In this document: in pieces, positions 15,407-20,588 of the stretch | How the letters are laid out: every line of letters begins with the position of its first letter | Position numbering within the stretch: position 1 is the first letter of the stretch | Virus record (IMG/VR): IMGVR_UViG_3300045988_094189 | Coordinates: 1 to 42,303 of that record | Source: a virus | Length of the DNA stretch: 42,303 nucleotides | Reading direction: 5' to 3' (one strand) | Notes under the pieces: model-generated | Database searches by the model: none | Seen by the model: only the letters and a program-made list of their open reading frames with translations | What the model was told of the DNA's origin: nothing | Program-made: the position numbers and the translations under genes

Positions 15407-15573
15407 CAGGCGAAAAGTGTATATCCTGCAACGACAGATTCCCCGGCTGTCAGGACCATTGCGAGTACGGGAGAGCAGCAAAGGCAGAGCGGCTGCAGCG
15501 GAAAGACCAAAAAGAAAAGCAATCACAGAACGAGGCGCGCGACTACTACGCCGCCAAGAGATATAGGAGGTAG
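15403..15573 (+). CDS. Small Cys-rich basic protein
   Basis: Not in the ORF track (56 aa): MTGEKCISCNDRFPGCQDHCEYGRAAKAERLQRKDQ... ATGA overlap with the resolvase stop. The stop is 2 nt before the next gene. Confidence 0.55.
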   Translation: MTGEKCISCNDRFPGCQDHCEYGRAAKAERLQRKDQKEKQSQNEARDYYAAKRYRR

Positions 15574-15575
15574 AA

Positions 15576-15992
15576 GTGCTTGAGAGTTACAGAAAAATCA
15601 ACGTTGAAGAGTTCTTGAGAGATTACCGGGACAACTGCGCCAAGCTGGCAGAACTGAAAAGAGAAAAAGAGTACCTGCTAGGCGCTGCAGGCGTTGACAC
15701 GACAAAAGAGACAGTTAAAGGCGCGCCAAGTTCGCCCACTGAAAACGCAGCGGTTGCAAGGGAACGAATAGACCGCAAGATAGCAGCCCTTGAGGAGTAC
15801 TTCCGGGCGTTTAATGCGGCGATGGACTTCTTAGATGACACAGACAGGCAGATAGTCCAAGAGTTCTATGTCGCCAACAACCCGACAGCCCTATCAGCCA
15901 CAATGCGGCTGCAGCGGTTAGGCTACAGCGACAGAGCTATCAGAGCGAAGCGAGAAAAGGCAATCAAGCGGTTGTATCACTTTTTCAATTAA
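15576..15992 (+). CDS. ArpU/RinA-like late-gene transcriptional activator (sigma region-4-like)
   Basis: 138 aa. LDDTDRQIVQEFYVANNP...ATMRLQRLGYSDRAIRAKREKAIKRL resembles sigma-70 region 4. It is the last gene of the early operon, just before the packaging genes. Confidence 0.65.
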   Translation: MLESYRKINVEEFLRDYRDNCAKLAELKREKEYLLGAAGVDTTKETVKGAPSSPTENAAVARERIDRKIAALEEYFRAFNAAMDFLDDTDRQIVQEFYVANNPTALSATMRLQRLGYSDRAIRAKREKAIKRLYHFFN

Positions 15993-16012
15993 ATCGCTGT
16001 AAAACAAAAATA

Positions 16013-16029
16013 GCCCCCTTTACGGGGGC
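16013..16029. terminator. Bidirectional intrinsic terminator between convergent operons
   Basis: GCCCCC-tttac-GGGGGC. A T-run follows on the minus-strand reading (tatttttgtttt), and cttgtgttt follows on the plus strand. Confidence 0.7.
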
Positions 16030-16036
16030 CTTGTGT

Positions 16037-16222
16037 TTAGAAGCAGCAGTATAATGGGCTGCCCTCTATGCCAAGCCTGTCGCGAACGTAGTCGCCAAGA
16101 CAAGTGGCATACCTACAAGTTGCACAGCTTCCGCCAAATCTACAATCTGTGGAAACGCTGTCGCATTTTGGAGCGTTTTTAATTATTCGCTCCGCCTTTT
16201 TTATTTCAGTTTCTGTATACAT
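16037..16222 (-). CDS. Cassette gene 5: small Cys-rich protein
   Basis: 61 aa with 7 Cys (CDSVSTDCRFGGSCATCRYATC...YCC). Last gene of the minus-strand cassette. Confidence 0.6.
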   Translation of the reverse strand: MYTETEIKKAERIIKNAPKCDSVSTDCRFGGSCATCRYATCLGDYVRDRLGIEGSPLYCCF

Positions 16223-16224
16223 TG

Positions 16225-16452
16225 TTACAGCTCCTTTCCTTGCTTTCTGTTGCCGCCTTTGTTCTCGGCGACACGAAAACTGTTGTGGTTTTCTCTATAT
16301 TCTCGCAAGGCGGCCTTTATAAGACCTGCCTTGCTGTTTGTCTTCGCGAACATATCCAATATGTCCGCGTCTGTGCTGTGGTACAGGGTGACTGTCACCC
16401 TATCCGCGTTTGCTTTTTTCCAAGCGGCGTCCCGCTGATTTTTTGTTGCCAT
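16225..16452 (-). CDS. Cassette gene 4: ribbon-helix-helix-like DNA-binding protein (candidate autoregulator)
   Basis: 75 aa. ADRVTVTLYHSTDADILDMFAKTNSKAGLIKAALREY has the beta-strand/helix/helix pattern of CopG/Arc RHH proteins. Confidence 0.6.
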   Translation of the reverse strand: MATKNQRDAAWKKANADRVTVTLYHSTDADILDMFAKTNSKAGLIKAALREYRENHNSFRVAENKGGNRKQGKEL

Positions 16453-16455
16453 TCT

Positions 16456-16992
16456 TCACGCTCCCTCAAATCTTGCAATCCCAGTCGGGCAATAATCCGT
16501 GCCGTGTTTTTCGTCGAGTTCTCTAAGATATTTCTCAATTATGTCATTCTGTTTCTCGCAAATCTTAAAAAACGTATCGTATTCCCAGCTTTCTTCTTTC
16601 CAGAGGGTATACCCACTATGAGGGAAAAAGGCATTCGGGTTTTCTTCATTGAATTTATCGGCTCTTTCCTCCCATTCTTCTCTTTCTTCATCTGAGAGCA
16701 AGTCATAATAGTCCTCTTCGCCGGGCATATCACAGGAAATCAACAATTTCAATTCTGGCAATCCTACTTCTTTTAACTTATAACTCATGTTGTAATCATT
16801 GCAGTCGCTAAATTCATTCAGCAAATCAGCAGCGTTGCGGTTCCACATACTCTCGAATGAGCAGTGGAACTCGTGTCTTTTTGCGCATAGCTCCTGAATA
16901 ACGTCGTGCTGTTCAGGTGTCAATGTTTTTATTTCCTCATTCTCTCTGTTCTTTCGTTCTACGTACTTTTCTTTTGCTTCCCACTTATCCAT
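16456..16992 (-). CDS. Cassette gene 3: acidic protein of unknown function
   Basis: 178 aa, visibly D/E-rich (GEEDYYDLLSDEEREEWEERADKFNEENP). SD GGAGTAAGCGAGG lies upstream. No family recognised. Confidence 0.7.
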   Translation of the reverse strand: MDKWEAKEKYVERKNRENEEIKTLTPEQHDVIQELCAKRHEFHCSFESMWNRNAADLLNEFSDCNDYNMSYKLKEVGLPELKLLISCDMPGEEDYYDLLSDEEREEWEERADKFNEENPNAFFPHSGYTLWKEESWEYDTFFKICEKQNDIIEKYLRELDEKHGTDYCPTGIARFEGA

Positions 16993-17025
16993 ATTTACCT
17001 CGCTTACTCCTTTTCTTTTTATTAT

Positions 17026-17041
17026 GCCCCCGTAAGGGGGC
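17026..17041. other. GC-clamp hairpin in the leader of cassette gene 3
   Basis: GCCCCC-gtaa-GGGGGC. No U-run follows on the minus-strand transcript, so it is more likely an RNA stability or processing element than a terminator. Confidence 0.5.
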
Positions 17042-17102
17042 GAGTGTCAACCTGTTTCGCTCTTGCTCATCAGTGCCGGACTTTTACCGGCAGACAGGGG
17101 GG

Positions 17103-17258
17103 CTATATCCTAACCCCTAGCAACATACAATTGCGCTTTGCCTCGCAGAGTGTGAGCCAGTTCTCAGGGCTCATATCTGATATGTAGTTGGCTTTTGCTT
17201 TCATATATACCGCCTTTGCCGCGGCCTTTCTGTCTTCTAACTGCCTTAAATGTGTCAT
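17103..17258 (-). CDS. Cassette gene 2: small helical protein
   Basis: Not in the ORF track (51 aa): MTHLRQLEDRKAAAKAVYMKAKANYISDMSPENWLTLCEAKRNCMLLGVRI. SD GGGAGGTG lies 6 nt upstream. Confidence 0.6.
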   Translation of the reverse strand: MTHLRQLEDRKAAAKAVYMKAKANYISDMSPENWLTLCEAKRNCMLLGVRI

Positions 17259-17259
17259 T

Positions 17260-17421
17260 TTACACCTCCCACGCTTCCGCTTCTTCTAATGTACGGAAGT
17301 ATTTACCGCCGCCGCAGTAGCACCAAGTCTTACCGCCGTCTATGCTGCGCCATATCTGCGCATTGTAGTTATAACCGTCTACCGGAAGCTCTAGCTTCTT
17401 TATTTCTTTCTTTTCTAACAT
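17260..17421 (-). CDS. Cassette gene 1: small protein
   Basis: Not in the ORF track (53 aa): MLEKKEIKKLELPVDGYNYNAQIWRSIDGGKTWCYCGGGKYFRTLEEAEAWEV. SD AAAGGAG is upstream. The stop is 1 nt before the start of gene 2. Confidence 0.6.
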   Translation of the reverse strand: MLEKKEIKKLELPVDGYNYNAQIWRSIDGGKTWCYCGGGKYFRTLEEAEAWEV

Positions 17422-17458
17422 TTTTGTTTTCTCCTTTTCATTGCTTAGCTGTTGTTGT

Positions 17459-17474
17459 AACGGGCTGTTCCGTT
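17459..17474. promoter_or_regulatory. Operator palindrome 1 (AACGGGCTGTTCCGTT)
   Basis: 16-bp inverted repeat with one mismatch. It lies just downstream of the predicted transcription start of the cassette. Confidence 0.6.
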
Positions 17475-17485
17475 GCTGTGATTAC

Positions 17486-17514
17486 ATAGTACAACGGGCT
17501 GTCCCGTTTGTCAA
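17486..17514 (-). promoter_or_regulatory. Consensus sigma-70 promoter of the antisense cassette
   Basis: The minus strand reads TTGACA (17509..17514), a 17-nt spacer, then TACTAT (17486..17491). The spacer is filled by operator palindrome 2. Confidence 0.7.
17493..17508. promoter_or_regulatory. Operator palindrome 2 (AACGGGCTGTCCCGTT, perfect)
   Basis: Perfect 6-N4-6 inverted repeat occupying the -35/-10 spacer. Confidence 0.65.
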
Positions 17515-17562
17515 CAGTTTTTTTAAAACTTTTTCAAACTTTTTTAAAAAAACCCCGCAAAC

Positions 17563-17578
17563 CGTTGAAATTCCAACG
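17563..17578. repeat. CGTTGAAATTCCAACG near-palindrome upstream of terS
   Basis: 7 of 8 palindromic pairs. The flanking context aaACCGTTGAAATwCCAACGa is shared with the copy at 18474. Confidence 0.5.
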
Positions 17579-17768
17579 AAAAAATTTTAAAAATGTGCCA
17601 ACAGGAAGCCAAGCGGCGCGCATATAATGTATTATAATATATATAACAAAAGTATTTCTTCTACAACTGATTGTTTCATAGTTTTAAATTTACTCCTTGA
17701 AAGATATTCGGACGACAGCGGGACAAAATCCTGCTGTTTTTCGTTATGTTGGGGGAAAGGGGGCACAT

Positions 17769-18332
17769 ATGGCAGTAATAGAAAGCACAGCAGAAGTAAT
17801 AAATATTAAAGACACAGCCCCTAAGGGCAAGAGTAGGAAATGTAAGACAGCAGAGGAGACCGCAGCATACAAGGGGAAGAGAGGCGAGAGCTTCTCAGGC
17901 AACAACGGCAAGTCCGGCAGAGGCAGGGGAACGGGCGCAGGCAATCCGAGAGCCTTTACCAGTGCAGATGATCTCATAGACAAGCAGATAGCATACTGTA
18001 AATATATCAAAGATACAGGATATACAGAGTACCCAACTAAGAACGGATTCGCTGAATGGCTAGAAGTAGACCCAAAAACTGTTTATTTAAGCATTAAACG
18101 CTACTATCCGGAAGTTCAAAAACAGTGGCAGGAGAACATAGAGCAAACCCTTGTAAACGGCGTAAATGCAGGGGTTTACCACGTCACAATGACTATTTTC
18201 ATACTGAAAAACTGGTGTAACTGGGCGGACAGAAAAGAAAACATCACGACAGAGAAGAAGCCACAGATCGCAACAAAGGCAGAGCTAAAGGAGGCTATCA
18301 CAGCCTATCTGCAGGCTCCAGTAGACGAATAA
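17769..18332 (+). CDS. terS: Terminase small subunit
   Basis: 187 aa from ATG 17769 (SD GGGGAAAGGGGG). PTKNGFAEWLEVDPKTVY (HTH-like) and MTIFILKNWCNWADRKE match the Terminase_2-type pattern. It lies upstream of terL. Confidence 0.75.
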   Translation: MAVIESTAEVINIKDTAPKGKSRKCKTAEETAAYKGKRGESFSGNNGKSGRGRGTGAGNPRAFTSADDLIDKQIAYCKYIKDTGYTEYPTKNGFAEWLEVDPKTVYLSIKRYYPEVQKQWQENIEQTLVNGVNAGVYHVTMTIFILKNWCNWADRKENITTEKKPQIATKAELKEAITAYLQAPVDE

Positions 18333-18473
18333 ACATACAACCAATTGAATAAAAGTATCAGAATATCCCGAGGAAATACCTCAAAATATGAATAAATAGC
18401 GCATATTCATTGCATAAAGCAGTATAACAGAATATGCATAGATACAGCATACGCACCATAAAACAGCTAGAAC

Positions 18474-18489
18474 CGTTGAAATACCAACG
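18474..18489. repeat. CGTTGAAATACCAACG near-palindrome downstream of terS
   Basis: Same 16-mer with one substitution. Non-coding. Confidence 0.5.
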
Positions 18490-18512
18490 ATTATAGGCAT
18501 TATGAGTATGCA

Positions 18513-18544
18513 ACTATTCCGAAGATAAGGATTTTCGGAATAGT
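18513..18544. other. 11-bp perfect hairpin in the terS-terL spacer
   Basis: actattccgaa-gataaggatt-ttcggaatagt, followed by ttaaac. It could be a weak terminator or part of a larger RNA or DNA structure. Confidence 0.5.
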
Positions 18545-18755
18545 TTAAACATACATATACCCTGAAGATTTTTTTTTGAGGGTATACGGGGGACTGGGGG
18601 ATACCGGGGTACCGGGTAGTGAATACCGGTATAGTCCAAGTAGCAAGTATCGAATCCGAAAGACCCCCCTCGTCGAAACTCAGCCCCGTAGGTAGGGTAC
18701 CTCACCCGTGCAACCCAATTTCAAAACACCCCCTACCCAAAAATAGGTGGTATGT

Positions 18756-18825
18756 GCCGACGTAGCTCAGATGGTAAGGCCTGTTAAGCACAAGGTCGCA
18801 GGTTCAAGTCCTGCTGTCGGCGCCA
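18756..18825 (+). tRNA. tRNA-like element / degenerate tRNA (Asn-GTT-like loop, truncated anticodon arm)
   Basis: - Acceptor stem GCCGACG/TGTCGGC: 7 bp with one G-U pair.
- D arm GCTC-agatggta-AGGC.
- T arm GCAGG-TTCAAGT-CCTGC.
- Discriminator G plus an encoded CCA.
- Only 11 nt sit where the 17-nt anticodon arm should be. They include CTGTTAA, but no 5-bp stem can form. Confidence 0.55.
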
Positions 18826-18904
18826 GCAATCCAAATTACCTCCGAAGCATTTCGGGAAAATCCTTTTAAGTCGTGGCAGGAGACTGAAAACCCTGCCTTT
18901 TTAC

Positions 18905-20362
18905 ATGAATGAAGAACAACTGTACCGAATGATACTGCAAAACGACTACGCAGAGTATGTGCAGTATACATCTAGGGGACAATGGAAAAAGACAAAATTT
19001 CATAGATACCTGTGCGAAGCAGTACAAAGCTTCATTGAAACCGATACGGGACATGCTGCAGACATACTTGTTTTATCGGTCCCGCCGCAACACGGCAAGT
19101 CAGTAACCATAACTGAGAGCCTAGTGTCATGGTATTTGGGAAAGCACCCGAACCACAGCTGCATAATAGCATCATACAATACAGACTTTGCAGAAAGGTT
19201 CGGCAGACGTAACAAAGAGAAGATAGAACAGTACGGAGAAGCGATATTCGGAATAGGTGTCGGCGGTAAAAGCTCCAATCAGGAGTTTGAATTAGACGGG
19301 ACATCGGGCAGATGTATCTCAAGAGGTATGCTGTCGGGTATTACAGGTAACTCCGGTCACTTAATCATCATAGACGACCCTTTAAAGACAAAAGAGGAAG
19401 CATATTCGCAGACCACAAGGGACAAAATATGGGAAGAATGGAGTTTCTCTATCAAGTCACGTTATCAGGACAAAACAAAAGTAGTCGTGATAATGACGCG
19501 CTGGCACGATGATGACCTGGCAGGGCGGATAATCAAGAATGAAAACAATGTCACTGTAATAAACTTGCCTTTAGAAGCAGAAGCTGGTGATCCGTTAGGG
19601 CGTAAAGTCGGAGACGCTCTCTGCCCTGAACTTGGCAAAGACAACGCATGGGTAAAGGAATTCAAAGAGGGCTTCTTAAAGACCGAGGGCGGAACAATGG
19701 CGTGGAATGCACTTATGCAGGGACACCCCACATCAGAAGACGGCAACATGCTTAAAAGGGAGTGGTGGCAGTACTACGACGAACTGCCTGAATGCGGCGA
19801 CTGGCTTATGAGCGTTGACGCAGCCTTTAAAGACGGAGACGACAACGACTACGTTGCAATACAGGTATGGGGCAAACGAGACGCCAACATGTATCTTATC
19901 GACAGAGTTAAAAAGCACCTTGACTTTCCGTCCACATTAAGAGAGATAAGACGTCTGAGAGGACTGTATCCGAAAGTTAAACAGGTACTGATAGAAGACA
20001 AGGCAAACGGTTCTGCTGCAATACAGGTTTTAAGACGTGAAATGCATGGTGTAATAGGAATCAATCCGCAGGGCGGTAAAGTATCAAGAGTAAACGCAGT
20101 ATCGGGCGCAATAGAAAGCGGCAACGTATGGCTTCCGAAAAACAAAGCGTGGACACACGAATTTGTCGACGAATGCGCGGCGTTTCCTAACGGCGTGAAC
20201 GATGACGAAGTAGACTGCTGCTCACAGGCCTTAACAAGATTTATGTATTATCGCGGCAAAGTGCCGGAGATGACAAAAAAGAAGAAGACACTATCCGACG
20301 TATTCAATATGGGTACGAAAAGAAAGAGATTAGACATAGGAGACAAAATCAATGTTGTATAG
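18905..20362 (+). CDS. terL: Terminase large subunit
   Basis: 485 aa. Walker A VPPQHGKS, Walker B HLIIIDDP. The nuclease domain carries VDAAFKDGDDNDY, IEDKANG and NDDEVDCCSQAL. Confidence 0.95.
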   Translation: MNEEQLYRMILQNDYAEYVQYTSRGQWKKTKFHRYLCEAVQSFIETDTGHAADILVLSVPPQHGKSVTITESLVSWYLGKHPNHSCIIASYNTDFAERFGRRNKEKIEQYGEAIFGIGVGGKSSNQEFELDGTSGRCISRGMLSGITGNSGHLIIIDDPLKTKEEAYSQTTRDKIWEEWSFSIKSRYQDKTKVVVIMTRWHDDDLAGRIIKNENNVTVINLPLEAEAGDPLGRKVGDALCPELGKDNAWVKEFKEGFLKTEGGTMAWNALMQGHPTSEDGNMLKREWWQYYDELPECGDWLMSVDAAFKDGDDNDYVAIQVWGKRDANMYLIDRVKKHLDFPSTLREIRRLRGLYPKVKQVLIEDKANGSAAIQVLRREMHGVIGINPQGGKVSRVNAVSGAIESGNVWLPKNKAWTHEFVDECAAFPNGVNDDEVDCCSQALTRFMYYRGKVPEMTKKKKTLSDVFNMGTKRKRLDIGDKINVV

Positions 20363-20588
20363 TTTATCAACGCTGTTACTTTGCATGGTAATGGCTTTTT
20401 TAGTTCCGTTAGTTGTCATAAAAGCATTTATAGCAGGCTTTAAGTTCCAAAAGGGAGAAGATATCCTTGTACCTAAAAAAAAGGCTGTAAAGGTCACTGA
20501 AGGCGACCTAGAGCGCAAAAGAAAGATACTTGAAGCCAACATAGAAAAATATGACGGCACATCTACAGGACAGATAGAGGTTAAATAA
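20352..20588 (+). CDS. Small membrane protein
   Basis: 78 aa, N-terminal TM (LLLCMVMAFLVPLVVIKAFIAGF). It lies between terL and the portal gene. Confidence 0.55.
   Translation: MLYSLSTLLLCMVMAFLVPLVVIKAFIAGFKFQKGEDILVPKKKAVKVTEGDLERKRKILEANIEKYDGTSTGQIEVK

Noticed and set aside
16222-17489. Plus-strand ORFs 16222..16695 (157 aa), 16250..16438, 16906..17187, 16917..17120 and 17250..17489.
   Set aside because: These are shadow ORFs opposite the minus-strand cassette. Their translations are hydrophobic and low-complexity (FFFF, LLLL runs). The minus-strand genes have SD sequences, a promoter and a terminator.
18514-18705. 63-aa minus-strand ORF in the terS-terL spacer.
   Set aside because: It has no SD. 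It spans the hairpins and G/C-rich repeats, so its PVPRYPPVPR-type sequence reflects the DNA repeats. It is the only minus-strand candidate in a long + strand operon.
18756-18825. Calling this a canonical tRNA-Asn(GTT).
   Set aside because: The CTGTTAA heptamer is present, but every register I tried gives at most 2-3 base pairs for the anticodon stem. The molecule is also about 6 nt too short. It is therefore reported as tRNA-like or degenerate rather than as a decoding tRNA.
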